From Limnochordia bacterium (GTDB lineage: Bacteria > Bacillota > Limnochordia > DTU080), in assembly GCA_050951545.1 (NCBI GenBank), contig JBMNJG010000007.1, forward strand, positions 480,001 through 544,000: a stretch of DNA of 64,000 nt. The letters run 5' to 3'. Made by a program: the position numbers and the translations under genes. How positions within the stretch are numbered: position 1 is the stretch's first letter; each line of letters opens with the position of its first letter. The notes under the pieces were generated by a model. It was not told the origin of the DNA. It saw only the letters and a list, made by a program, of their open reading frames with translations, and made no database searches. Shown here piece by piece: positions 1-9,423 of this stretch.

Positions 1-291
1 GATGGTGCCGTGGGCGGTTTGCATGTAGATGGGGCAGTCGAGATTCTGCAGGAATCTCAAGTAGCTGCGATACGACAGCCTGCGCTTGGTGTTTCGCTGC
101 AGCTGTCCCTGTAGATCCTCGAGCGCATGCATTTCAAACCAGCGGGTGATTCTGGGCGTGGGTAGGCGCAGGCTTGAGAAGGCCCATATTTCCCAGGAAT
201 GGTCTTCATAGGGGGCTTGGGTACGTGACCGTGCGCCGCCGACGATCGCTACCTTCCTAGGGGGATGGGGTGGTTGTGCATCGTAGCCCAT
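1..291 (-). CDS. Hypothetical protein, truncated at window edge (not in ORF track); possibly glycosylation-related
   Basis: Hand translation from ATG at 291, with GGAGG SD upstream, is open to position 1: MGYDAQPPHPPRKVAIVGGARSRTQAPYEDHSWEIWAFSSLRLPTPRITRWFEMH...CPIYMQTAHGTI. Confidence 0.75.
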   Translation of the reverse strand, partial: MGYDAQPPHPPRKVAIVGGARSRTQAPYEDHSWEIWAFSSLRLPTPRITRWFEMHALEDLQGQLQRNTKRRLSYRSYLRFLQNLDCPIYMQTAHGTI

Positions 292-373
292 GGATCGATC
301 CTCCGCTGACAGTTCATTTCCATAGCACTGCCGTCATGCGCCCGTTCGCTTCTTCGGGACTCTGGGGCTATAT

Positions 374-402
374 CATGGTATGCCGTACGAGGCGGTTCGT
401 GC
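374..402 (-). promoter_or_regulatory. Putative sigma-K-type (mother-cell sporulation) promoter for the 1-291 ORF
   Basis: Minus strand reads GCAC-N16-CATACCATG, matching the AC-N16-CATAnnnT consensus. Confidence 0.45.
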
Positions 403-505
403 CAGACATACCGCTGGGTCTCAAGTCGGCGGAATAGCTCCGCATTCCTATTCCTCCCCCTAGATGACCCGCGTAGGATGAACCCGGGTCTCTAGCCAGC
501 AGTAA

Positions 506-1693
506 ATGAATGGCATTCGGCGAGTAGGGGGAGGGGTCGGACCTTTGAGTGCTCTTGCGGTGATCCCGGCCCGCGGCGGATCGAAAGGACTGCCACGGAA
601 GAACGTCCGCCTCCTCTGCGGCAAGCCTCTGATCGCCTGGACGATAGAGGCAGCGATGCAGGCGGAGACGGTAAGGCAAATCGTTGTGTCTACTGATGAT
701 GCAGAGATAGCCGGGGTGAGTCAACGTCACGGGGCGGAGGTTGTCTGGCGTCCGAAAGAGATAAGTGGTGACACATCGCCTTCAGAGGCAGCCCTGCTGC
801 ATGCGCTTGATCAACTGCAGGTCAGTGAGGGGACCCTCGTGTTCTTGCAGTGTACCTCTCCGCTTATGCTGCCTGAGGATATCGACGCCACGGTAGCCGC
901 TCTTCAGCACGCTGACGCTGCTTTCACAGCGACCCCTTGGCATCGGTTTGTGTGGAAAGAGACAGTGGAAGGGGCGCTCCCCCTGGGGCACAGCAAGGGG
1001 CATAGGCCCATGCGTCAACAAAGAGAGCCCGAGTTTCTGGAAGTCGGGGCTGTCTACGCGATGAAGGTCGAAGGCTTCGTCCAGGCGCGTCACCGGTTCT
1101 TTGGGCGCGTCGCGATGCACCTCGTACCACCTGAAAGAAGCATTGAGATCGATGACGAGACAGATTTTCTGCTCACTGAGGCATTGATGCGGCAACGCTT
1201 GGATCGGGATAAAACGGCACGTCTGCCCAAGAGGGTAGCTGGCCTGGTGATGGATTTTGATGGTGTGTTGACCGATAACCGCGTGAGCGTTGACGAGGAT
1301 GGGCGGGAGGCTGTGGTTCGTCACCGTGGGGACGGATGGGCCATGCAGCGACTCAAGGAGGCAGGGATTAGCCTTCTGGTGCTGACCAACGAGGCTAACC
1401 CTAGTGCAAGGCGTAGCTGTGCCAAGTTGGCGGTGGAGTGTATCGTGGCTCATGGTGATAAGCTGCCAGCGCTGAAGCAATGGCTGGCACAGCACGGCAT
1501 CACCTCTGAATGCACGATTTACGTTGGCAATGATGACCCTGATATCCCGTGCATGCTCCATGCTGCGTGTGGCGTAGCGCCTGCGGACGCCTATCCCAAG
1601 GCGAAGAACGCAGCGCAAATCGTCCTCGCCGCGCCTGGTGGGCATGGATGCATCCGCGAGTTGGCAGGTCTTCTGTTGGGCAGCTGTCTGTAA
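506..1693 (+). CDS. neuA: Acylneuraminate cytidylyltransferase fused to C-terminal KdsC-like HAD phosphatase
   Basis: IPARGGSKGLPRKN, LQCTSP and SIEIDDETD motifs; C-terminal MDFDGVLTD and YVGNDDPD HAD motifs; true start may be slightly downstream. Confidence 0.9.
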   Translation: MNGIRRVGGGVGPLSALAVIPARGGSKGLPRKNVRLLCGKPLIAWTIEAAMQAETVRQIVVSTDDAEIAGVSQRHGAEVVWRPKEISGDTSPSEAALLHALDQLQVSEGTLVFLQCTSPLMLPEDIDATVAALQHADAAFTATPWHRFVWKETVEGALPLGHSKGHRPMRQQREPEFLEVGAVYAMKVEGFVQARHRFFGRVAMHLVPPERSIEIDDETDFLLTEALMRQRLDRDKTARLPKRVAGLVMDFDGVLTDNRVSVDEDGREAVVRHRGDGWAMQRLKEAGISLLVLTNEANPSARRSCAKLAVECIVAHGDKLPALKQWLAQHGITSECTIYVGNDDPDIPCMLHAACGVAPADAYPKAKNAAQIVLAAPGGHGCIRELAGLLLGSCL

Positions 1694-1739
1694 AGGCGGA
1701 CGGCTATGTGTCGACTCCTCACCGACTAGGAGGGATACC

Positions 1740-2609
1740 GTGAACGCCCCATTCATAGTAGCTGAAATTGGGTGCAATCACCGAGGGGAGCTAGCTACGG
1801 CTGAAGAGATGGTTCGAGTGGCAGCCGATCTCTGTGGCGTGGATGTCGTGAAGTTCCAGAAACGGAACCCGCGCGAGTCTCTGACTCCCGAGCAGTATGT
1901 GGCGCCTCATCCAGTACCACGAAACGCATATGGGGCAACCTATGGAGAGCATAGGGAAGTACTGGAGTTGGGGATCGATGGGCATGGTCGTCTGAAAGCG
2001 CTCTGCGAAGAGGTAGGGGTCACCTACAGTTCGAGCGTCTGGGACATGACCAGCGCTCGGCAGATTGCAGCCCTGGACCCGGCTATGATCAAAATACCCT
2101 CAGCATGTAATACGCATTTCGCGATGCTGAGCTATCTCTGTGATGAGTTTGGTGGCGGTATCCACATCTCCTTAGGTATGACGACGAGGCAAGAGGAGGA
2201 GCGCATTGCCAAGTTCCTGCAAGGGCGCTCGCGTATGCAAGATGTGGTGCTGTATCATTGCGTCTCTGGGTATCCTGTGGCCTTTGAGGATCTGTCCCTA
2301 CTGGAGATCCAGCGGCTGCGTACCGAATATGGCTCACAGGTGAAGGGGATCGGTTTCTCCGGTCACCATCTGGGCATTGCTGCTGACATCGCCGCCATGA
2401 CCCTTGGGGCGCAGTGGATTGAGCGGCATTTCACGTTGGATCGGACATGGAAGGGCACGGACCATGCCGCGTCGCTCGAGCCCGATGGCCTTCGCCGGTT
2501 GGTGCGTGACACTCGCAATGTGTCGAAGGCGCTGCAGCACAAGGCCACAGCGCTACTGGAAATCGAAGTCCCACAACGCCAGAAGCTGAAGCGGGTGACT
2601 ACGGGATAA
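1740..2609 (+). CDS. neuB: N-acetylneuraminate/nonulosonate synthase family protein, no C-terminal SAF domain
   Basis: AEIGCNHRG, VKFQKR, GFSGH and IERHFTLDRTWKGTDHAASLEP; GTG start at 1740 after AGGAGG. Confidence 0.9.
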   Translation: MNAPFIVAEIGCNHRGELATAEEMVRVAADLCGVDVVKFQKRNPRESLTPEQYVAPHPVPRNAYGATYGEHREVLELGIDGHGRLKALCEEVGVTYSSSVWDMTSARQIAALDPAMIKIPSACNTHFAMLSYLCDEFGGGIHISLGMTTRQEEERIAKFLQGRSRMQDVVLYHCVSGYPVAFEDLSLLEIQRLRTEYGSQVKGIGFSGHHLGIAADIAAMTLGAQWIERHFTLDRTWKGTDHAASLEPDGLRRLVRDTRNVSKALQHKATALLEIEVPQRQKLKRVTTG

Positions 2610-2722
2610 GGGGGAGGCTGTGGCGCCAGTGGTCCTCGGTGCATCTGCCAGAGCTGACCGCGAACGGCGGTGGCAAGGAGTCGCCACAGGACCTCCGAAG
2701 GCTTGATTAGCAGAGTGTATTA

Positions 2723-2751
2723 TTGCACAGGTTTGAAAACGAGCATAGTTT
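2723..2751 (+). promoter_or_regulatory. Putative sigma-A promoter with nearby TGAAA(A)C operator-like half-sites
   Basis: TTGCAC-N17-TAGTTT in an AT-rich intergenic stretch. Confidence 0.4.
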
Positions 2752-2828
2752 ATATGCGCTGAAACGTCTGAAAACAAAGGAGTAAGTGGCCATCCAGAGA
2801 AGGCAATATCGGGCGATATCGTTTTCAA

Positions 2829-4193
2829 GTGCCGAGTAGGCATTGGCGAGATGATCACCATAGGGGGGTGGCTCGGATGTGGTTGTTGAGTAGAACTGGA
2901 ACTGGCCAAGGCAGGTTTGTACAGAGGTTTTCGGCGCAGGTAGTGTCTGCGGTAGCGTTGGCGGTCATCGTAAGCGTAGGACTAAGCGCAGCCCCAACAA
3001 CGATTCAACTGGCGACATATGGCATGGGTGGGCTACAGGCTGAGGACTGGCAGAATATGCTTCTACCTTTTATGGAGGCGAATCCAGATATACAGGTAGA
3101 GGTCCAGATCTACGGGTTCGGCGAGTACAACGAGAAGCTTATGACGCAGATCGCGGCTGGGGTAGCACCAGACCTGATGCAGACCTGGGCACAGTATAAG
3201 CCTAAGTTCGTTGAGATGGGCCTACTGCGCGACATTACGCCAGAATGGGAAAAAAGCAGCGTGGCCAAGAAAGCACGACTGTACCCGTTCGTTCTCGAGG
3301 CTCCTAAAAGCGGGGGCCGCCTGTACGGTGTGCCGTTTGACTTCAACTCTATGCTTTGGTTTGCCAATGTCGATTACCTGTCTGAGAGAGGGGTGGTCCC
3401 TCCTGGAAACGATTGGACGGTGGAGGATCTTCGTGTCTTGGCTCGCAAACTGACAGACCCCGTGCAGCGGGTGTACGGAAGCCATAATGAGGTGTCCAGG
3501 GGCGGGACGCACAGTCTCCAGTGGACTCAGTTGTGGACGGGCCATGATTGGGTCAGCGATGACCGGAAGAGAGCACTGGTGGATAGCCCGGAGAACCTGG
3601 ACATGCTGACATTCTGGAGCGAGCTGCAGAATGACCTGAATGTCACACCCGGCTGGCCCGGTGCTTGGGCGGCGAAGGGCGACTTCTATCAAGGTGGCTA
3701 CGCCATGCAGGTAGGATGGTTATCTTATGCCGCGGCGTTTGCGGACAAGCTCACCTTCGATTGGGTCTATGCCCCTATGCCCAAGACATCAGCGAGTCAA
3801 CTGGCCTTTGCTCAGGGTCACATGTTCTCGATCCCGGTGGGCTCGAAAAGCCCTGCCGAGGCCTGGCGTCTGGCAGAGTGGCTGATCAGCTATGAGGGCC
3901 AGAAGGTGATCGTGCGTGAACTCAAATGCCATCCCATGGGCCCCTACGCTGACCTGTGGAACGAATTCTATCAGATACTGGCGCCCGATAAGCGAAACTA
4001 CGCAAGGGAGTTTGTCATGAACGTCTTCTACGGCGGCAACATGATTCGCACGATGGATTACTGGACCTCTTACCCTGAGGTGAACACTATCATGACCGAG
4101 CACGTCGGCAATATCTTCACTCGCCAGGCACCTATTGGTAATGAAATGCGCAACGCGGCGGTCAAGATACAAGCACTGTTGGATGGTAAGTGA
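2829..4193 (+). CDS. ABC transporter sugar-binding protein (family 1)
   Basis: Hydrophobic signal segment; F...NPDIQVE, IAAGVAPD, LYGVP and EAWRLAEWL motifs; start uncertain. Confidence 0.88.
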   Translation: MPSRHWRDDHHRGVARMWLLSRTGTGQGRFVQRFSAQVVSAVALAVIVSVGLSAAPTTIQLATYGMGGLQAEDWQNMLLPFMEANPDIQVEVQIYGFGEYNEKLMTQIAAGVAPDLMQTWAQYKPKFVEMGLLRDITPEWEKSSVAKKARLYPFVLEAPKSGGRLYGVPFDFNSMLWFANVDYLSERGVVPPGNDWTVEDLRVLARKLTDPVQRVYGSHNEVSRGGTHSLQWTQLWTGHDWVSDDRKRALVDSPENLDMLTFWSELQNDLNVTPGWPGAWAAKGDFYQGGYAMQVGWLSYAAAFADKLTFDWVYAPMPKTSASQLAFAQGHMFSIPVGSKSPAEAWRLAEWLISYEGQKVIVRELKCHPMGPYADLWNEFYQILAPDKRNYAREFVMNVFYGGNMIRTMDYWTSYPEVNTIMTEHVGNIFTRQAPIGNEMRNAAVKIQALLDGK

Positions 4194-5521
4194 GGATGCA
4201 CAGAATGCGGCTAACGAGACCAACGAAAGGAAGGTGTTGCTCAGTGTGGTTGGTGCGGAGAGTCGTCTCTGGTCGCCGAGTCGCTGTATGGTTGTGTATA
4301 AGTGTGGCCATTGTCTTGTCCACTGTGGTCACGCAGGCGGCAAAGACCCAGCTTATCGTGTGGGACTGGTGGGACATAGCTAACCCGTCAATCAAGGCCT
4401 TTTACGACTGGGCCAAGGGTACGTTTGAGGCCTCCAATCCTGACATTGCACTTGAGTACCAATTCATAGCTGAGAGTCAGTACTACACAAAGATCATAGC
4501 CTCGACAGCCGCGGGTGTGGGCCCGGATGTGGTGCAGCTTTCTATCACTCGGGCGCGGGATTTCTATAACGAAGGGTTGCTTTTGGACCTAAGCAGCTTT
4601 GTGGCCAAAACGCCGTCCATGTCTCCTAGTCAGTTCATACCCCCCACCCAGATTTATAATCAAAAGGACGGAAAGATCTATGGCATCACTTTTGTGATGG
4701 ACGCCTCTGCTCTCCTGTACAACCGACAGCACTTTCGCGAGACGGGACTGGATGACTCCCCGGAGGGGATTGCTTCGTGGGACGCTTTTGCTCAGGCGGC
4801 GAAGAAGCTGTCTCGGCGAGAGGGCGGGGTGACAAGTCGTTTCGCATATACTTTTTATGGGAACCCGATTGAGGAGTTCTGCACATGGATGCGTACCAAC
4901 GGCGGGTCTTTCTACAATGCAGACTTCACCCGGACTGGTTTCAATACCAACGCGGGAATTGAGACCTTGCGGTTCCTGCAGGGCCTCTCTCTTGATCAGC
5001 TGACCGGAGGAAGCTTCAACGCCGAGACGGCTTCTATGCGCTACTGGGGCACTTGGGCTGGCTCGTACATCCGTAGTGCCAATGCCTCACTCGATTTCGG
5101 CATGATCACCTTCCCAAAGGGGCCTTCGGGCAATCAACGAGGAAGCACGACGTGGGGCAACATGATGACTGTGCTGAAGTCGACGCAAGAGGCCGAGGCT
5201 GCTTGGCGATACATTTCGTTCATCTGTGGCTTGGAGGCTGATATTCAGCTGCTGAAGCTGATGGATCGGCCCACCTCTCCACGTTTGGAGTTCTACAGAA
5301 CGGCGGCGTGGAGAGAGGCAGTGCGCGCCAACCCCTGGATGGAGCAACTGCCAGCTATCGTCAACTCTGGTGGCGCCTATCCTTTTATCCGATTTGCTGA
5401 CGTCAATGCGGGGATGGGACCGCTGATCCGTAGCGTCATCCAGACGACCACAATGTCGCCAGAGGAGGCCTTACTGCGTTCTGAAGAGCTCGTCAACCGT
5501 TTGCTCGCCGAGACAGAGTAA
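4190..5521 (+). CDS. ABC transporter sugar-binding protein (family 1)
   Basis: FEASNPDI, AAGVGPDV, GKIYGI, LLYN and EAAWRYISF; start uncertain. Confidence 0.88.
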   Translation: MRMHRMRLTRPTKGRCCSVWLVRRVVSGRRVAVWLCISVAIVLSTVVTQAAKTQLIVWDWWDIANPSIKAFYDWAKGTFEASNPDIALEYQFIAESQYYTKIIASTAAGVGPDVVQLSITRARDFYNEGLLLDLSSFVAKTPSMSPSQFIPPTQIYNQKDGKIYGITFVMDASALLYNRQHFRETGLDDSPEGIASWDAFAQAAKKLSRREGGVTSRFAYTFYGNPIEEFCTWMRTNGGSFYNADFTRTGFNTNAGIETLRFLQGLSLDQLTGGSFNAETASMRYWGTWAGSYIRSANASLDFGMITFPKGPSGNQRGSTTWGNMMTVLKSTQEAEAAWRYISFICGLEADIQLLKLMDRPTSPRLEFYRTAAWREAVRANPWMEQLPAIVNSGGAYPFIRFADVNAGMGPLIRSVIQTTTMSPEEALLRSEELVNRLLAETE

Positions 5522-5565
5522 CGCAGGGCAAGGGGTCTCGTACTGCCTTCGCACATTTCAGAGTG

Positions 5566-5601
5566 GAATGGCCGACCGATGCATTCATCAGACGGCCATT
5601 C
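5566..5601 (+). terminator. Stem-loop downstream of the SBP pair
   Basis: GAATGGCCG...CGGCCATTC 9-bp inverted repeat; weak U-tract. Confidence 0.4.
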
Positions 5602-5799
5602 TTCCTACCAGTGATCTCTCAAGTCACGCTATCTCGATCGGAACTGAAATGAGAAAAGGTCGGCATCTCGCATCACGAATCGTAGCCTCATGAAGGCGAA
5701 ACAGCTGAGAAGGAACCTGCATGCGATCAGGGGAATGAGATTCCGCGGAAGGCGAAGTGTCTGCAGATTTCGGGATAGCATCTTTCTCATGAAGGGAGA

Positions 5800-7284
5800 T
5801 TGACCAGCGTGGATTCTTCACATGGTTCCGATAAGCCACGACTAGAGGAAGGCGAACTCTATGTGGGTTGGAGCGAAAGAAGCATCACGCCCGACAGACC
5901 AGTAATGTTGCAGGGCCAATTTCATCAGAGAATCTCAAAGTATGTGCAGTCCGAGCTAGTGGTCACGGTACTGGCGTTGGAGACCAGGGATGGCTCGGGA
6001 GGCACTCTGGAGCAGATGATGATTGGTGCCTGCGATCTCTGCAACATTCCCGCGGAGCTTCTTGTGGAAGTGAGAAGCAAGCTCAGAGGTCAACTGTCAG
6101 GCTTCTGCGTGGACAAGCTGTTTCTCAATGCGACGCACACCCATACGGCGCCGATAAAGACGGAGGCCGAGGTGGTAGCCGGAAGCCTCATATACAGGTA
6201 CATTCCCAAGGAGATGCAGCCTGCGGCCGAGCCTGTAGATGGCGAGGTGATGTCTCCTCAAGAGTACAGTGAGCTTCTGGTCGAGCGCCTGTGCGAAGCT
6301 TTCATTGAGGCCTGGGAGAAACGGGCGCCGGGGTCTGCCAATTGGCAGTTAGGCCATGCTGTCGTGGGGCATAACAGGCGCCTGGTCTATGATGACGGCA
6401 GTGCTCAGATGTACGGCTCGAGTGACACCATCAATTTCGACTGCATCGAGGGCCCCAGCGATCACGGTGTGGAGCTGCTGTATCTCTGGGACAAAACTGA
6501 GCGACTCTCGGGTGTCGTGGTCAATGTCGCCTGTCCATCGCAGGTAGTGGAAGGGCATAGCTTCATCTCATCCGACTACTGGGGCGAGGTAAGAAAGCAG
6601 CTCAAGGAGCATTTCCCAGACCCGCTTTTCGTTTTGCCGATGTGTGGTGCTGCAGGTGACCAATCGCCAAGGGATTTGGTGAGGCGGCGCCGGGGGGAGC
6701 CCAGCATGCACAACGTGGAGGGCGCCATCGAGTTGGGGGCTCGTATCACAGCTGCCGTAGTCGGCAAGCACGCTGCAGCGGCAGAGGAGAAAAGGTCAAG
6801 GCTGAGATTCGGACATCTGGTGGTGCGCATGGATTTGCCGTTACGCACGGTCTCCAGACAGGAGCATGACGAGGCTCAGGCCAAATTCCAGGCTATTCTC
6901 GCCACGAAGAAGCCCGGAGAGCGACTGGAGACCAGGGATATCGTCAAGCTGTTCACTCCCGGGGGAGTAATGGCTAGATATGAAGACCAGCAGAAGACGT
7001 CCTTCTACTCGCCCGAGATCCATGTGATTCGGCTAGGCGAGATCGCCATAGCCAGCAATCCCTTTGAGCTGTTCTTAGATTACGGTCTGAGAATGAAAGC
7101 GCGTAGCCGAGCTGCGCAGACTTTCCTTGTCCAGCTGGCCTGCGAGAAAGGGAGGTATCTTCCTACTGAGAAAGCTGCCGCAGGTGGTGGCTACAGCGCT
7201 ATTGTGGCCAGCAACCTGGTGGGTCCCGAGGGAGGTAGACTGCTGGTTGAGCAGACGGTCGGTCTGATCAACAGCCTGTTCTAG
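5800..7284 (+). CDS. Neutral/alkaline ceramidase-like metal amidohydrolase, function unknown
   Basis: ITP..PV.LQG, NATHTHTAP, GAAGDQSP, PFELF.DYG and YLPT...GGYS motifs. Confidence 0.65.
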   Translation: MTSVDSSHGSDKPRLEEGELYVGWSERSITPDRPVMLQGQFHQRISKYVQSELVVTVLALETRDGSGGTLEQMMIGACDLCNIPAELLVEVRSKLRGQLSGFCVDKLFLNATHTHTAPIKTEAEVVAGSLIYRYIPKEMQPAAEPVDGEVMSPQEYSELLVERLCEAFIEAWEKRAPGSANWQLGHAVVGHNRRLVYDDGSAQMYGSSDTINFDCIEGPSDHGVELLYLWDKTERLSGVVVNVACPSQVVEGHSFISSDYWGEVRKQLKEHFPDPLFVLPMCGAAGDQSPRDLVRRRRGEPSMHNVEGAIELGARITAAVVGKHAAAAEEKRSRLRFGHLVVRMDLPLRTVSRQEHDEAQAKFQAILATKKPGERLETRDIVKLFTPGGVMARYEDQQKTSFYSPEIHVIRLGEIAIASNPFELFLDYGLRMKARSRAAQTFLVQLACEKGRYLPTEKAAAGGGYSAIVASNLVGPEGGRLLVEQTVGLINSLF

Positions 7285-7308
7285 ACTAGAAATGGAGGCA
7301 TCGACGCT

Positions 7309-8571
7309 ATGGGAGATAAGCTAGCCATACGTGGAGGTACACGGCTGATTCCCGAGGGAACCATCAAGAAGTGGCCGCCTGTTGACGAAACTGACAGGCA
7401 GCTGGTGCTTGGCGCGCTGGCTGCTCCGAGCCATACCTTCAGCACCAATTGCTATGCGTTCCAAGATGAGTTTGCAGCCTGGAACGGCAATAAGTATGCG
7501 GTCACCACGAACTCGGGCACGGCGGCAATGCACATGTGTCTGGTCGCCTGTGACTGTGGAACAGGTGACGAGGTGATAGTCCCCGCTTACACGTGGTCCT
7601 CGTCAGCTACGTGCGTGATGCAGCACAACAGTATCCCGGTCTTTGTAGACATCGACTTTGATACTATGAATATCGATCCGGACAAGATCGAACAGGCGAT
7701 TACTCCCAAGACGAAGGCCATCATTGTGGTGCATCTGCATGGCCTCCCTGCAGACATGGACCGGATCATGGCCATTGCCGAGAAGCATAACCTGAAGGTC
7801 ATTGAGGATGCCTGCCAGGCTCATGGCGCCAAATACAAGGGCCAGAAGGTAGGCACCATCGGGCACTGCGCGGCTTTCAGCTTCAACCAAAACAAGTGCC
7901 TCAGCGCGGGTGAAGGTGGCATGTTCGTCACTGCGTCAGAGGAGATGCTGGCTAAGGCCAGGGCCTTGTGGTCCTTCGGCGAGAGCTTTCAAGATATGGC
8001 AAAAAGGGACTACCATGTGTACTCCATGGGCTGGATGTATAGGAACTCCGAGCTGAACGCGGCTTTTGGCAGAGCGCAGCTCAAGAAGCTAGATGGCTAC
8101 TTGGCCTATCAGGAAGAGAGTACACAGCTTCTCACGGAATTGCTGGCGGATGTGCCGCATCTGATCCTGCCGACAGCTCCTGAAGGGTACGAAACCAACG
8201 GGTACAACTATACGATTCGCTTTGATATGAAGGCCTTGGGTCACGAACACGACGCTAGCGCCTTTCGTTACAAGATCATCGAGGCTCTCAAGGCAGAGGG
8301 CGTAGAGACTGGAGTATGGCAGCGCTTCATTTTGCCAGCCATGGCTGTGTTTCAGGCGAAGAACGGCTATGGGAAGGGCTGTCCCTGGCAGTGCCCCAAT
8401 GCTCAGCCGGTCGATTATTCCCTTGAGCAGTATCCCATGGCGCAAAAACACTGCGACACACACACTGGCATGACTACGCCCTTGCGGCTACCCAATGATC
8501 TGGACACCGTGAGACTGGTGGCAGAAGCGTTTCGCAAGGTGATGGGCAATATCGAGCAGCTTGAGCAGTGA
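7309..8571 (+). CDS. DegT/DnrJ/EryC1/StrS family PLP aminotransferase
   Basis: NSGTAAMH, GDEVIVPAYTW, IEDACQAHGA and FSFNQNKCLSAGEGG (PLP lysine). Confidence 0.92.
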   Translation: MGDKLAIRGGTRLIPEGTIKKWPPVDETDRQLVLGALAAPSHTFSTNCYAFQDEFAAWNGNKYAVTTNSGTAAMHMCLVACDCGTGDEVIVPAYTWSSSATCVMQHNSIPVFVDIDFDTMNIDPDKIEQAITPKTKAIIVVHLHGLPADMDRIMAIAEKHNLKVIEDACQAHGAKYKGQKVGTIGHCAAFSFNQNKCLSAGEGGMFVTASEEMLAKARALWSFGESFQDMAKRDYHVYSMGWMYRNSELNAAFGRAQLKKLDGYLAYQEESTQLLTELLADVPHLILPTAPEGYETNGYNYTIRFDMKALGHEHDASAFRYKIIEALKAEGVETGVWQRFILPAMAVFQAKNGYGKGCPWQCPNAQPVDYSLEQYPMAQKHCDTHTGMTTPLRLPNDLDTVRLVAEAFRKVMGNIEQLEQ

Positions 8572-8583
8572 CGCTAAAAAGGG

Positions 8584-9423
8584 TTGGTGATGATGAAGAT
8601 CTCGCTGATGTCCTATACTCTAGCTCGTGGCAGCTGGGGGAAGAACCCGGATCTCGAGGAGCTGTGCCGGCTGGCATGCTCACTGCATCTTGATGCGATC
8701 GACTGGGTTACGCTCTATGGTTTCACGCCTGAGCAAGTTGCGCAGGTAACAGCCGACCATGGCCTCAAGAACATCTGCTATACCTTCTTTGCCCCCATCC
8801 ATCATGCTCAGAAGAAAGCCGCGGCGATGGATCTGATCAAGCGTGGGCTAGACATTGCGAGCATATTGGGCGCGGACAAGATCATGCTCCCCCTATCGGG
8901 GGTGGAAGGCCAGACGAGGGAGTTCAGTCAGAAGCTGGCGCTAGAAGGCCTAGCAGAGGTCGTGCCTTTGGCCTCGGCGTACGGCGTCACCGTGACTGTG
9001 GAGCACTTCCATGGTCGGTCGGCTCCGTTTGTCACCTCCCAAGACATGGAGCAGGCCGTGACAGCGGTCCCAGGCCTGAAGATCACCTATGACAACGGCA
9101 ATGTCTATACATCTGGTGAGAGTCCCGCCGAGGCGTTTACTAAAATGAAAGAGCACATTGTGCACGCTCATTTCAAGGACTGGCGCGTGGTCACAGAAGG
9201 TACGCTCCAGGGCCTGGATGGCCGATACTATGCAGCTGCCTTGGTAGGTGAAGGCGCAGTTGAGCCCTTGCCCTGCTTACAGGCGATGTCGGCCGCAGGC
9301 TACGAAGGCTATATCAACATGGAGTACGAAGGGAAGGAATACGATCCAAAAGAGGCGGTTGTCCGCGGCACGAAGCACCTGCAGGGCCTGATCGCCTCGC
9401 TGAGTCAGGAGCGTGACAAGTAG
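8584..9423 (+). CDS. Sugar phosphate isomerase/epimerase (xylose-isomerase-like TIM barrel)
   Basis: VTVEH, YDNGN, HAHFKD and GYINMEYEG metal-binding motifs. Confidence 0.85.
   Translation: MVMMKISLMSYTLARGSWGKNPDLEELCRLACSLHLDAIDWVTLYGFTPEQVAQVTADHGLKNICYTFFAPIHHAQKKAAAMDLIKRGLDIASILGADKIMLPLSGVEGQTREFSQKLALEGLAEVVPLASAYGVTVTVEHFHGRSAPFVTSQDMEQAVTAVPGLKITYDNGNVYTSGESPAEAFTKMKEHIVHAHFKDWRVVTEGTLQGLDGRYYAAALVGEGAVEPLPCLQAMSAAGYEGYINMEYEGKEYDPKEAVVRGTKHLQGLIASLSQERDK

Noticed and set aside
782-1777. Long antisense ORFs (e.g. 782-1777, 10419-11243, 36528-37229, 63578-64000)
   Set aside because: Shadow frames of well-supported genes in GC-rich DNA.
2786-2839. 17-codon uORF after AAGGAG as a leader peptide
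   Set aside because: No attenuator structure or biased codon run seen; insufficient evidence.
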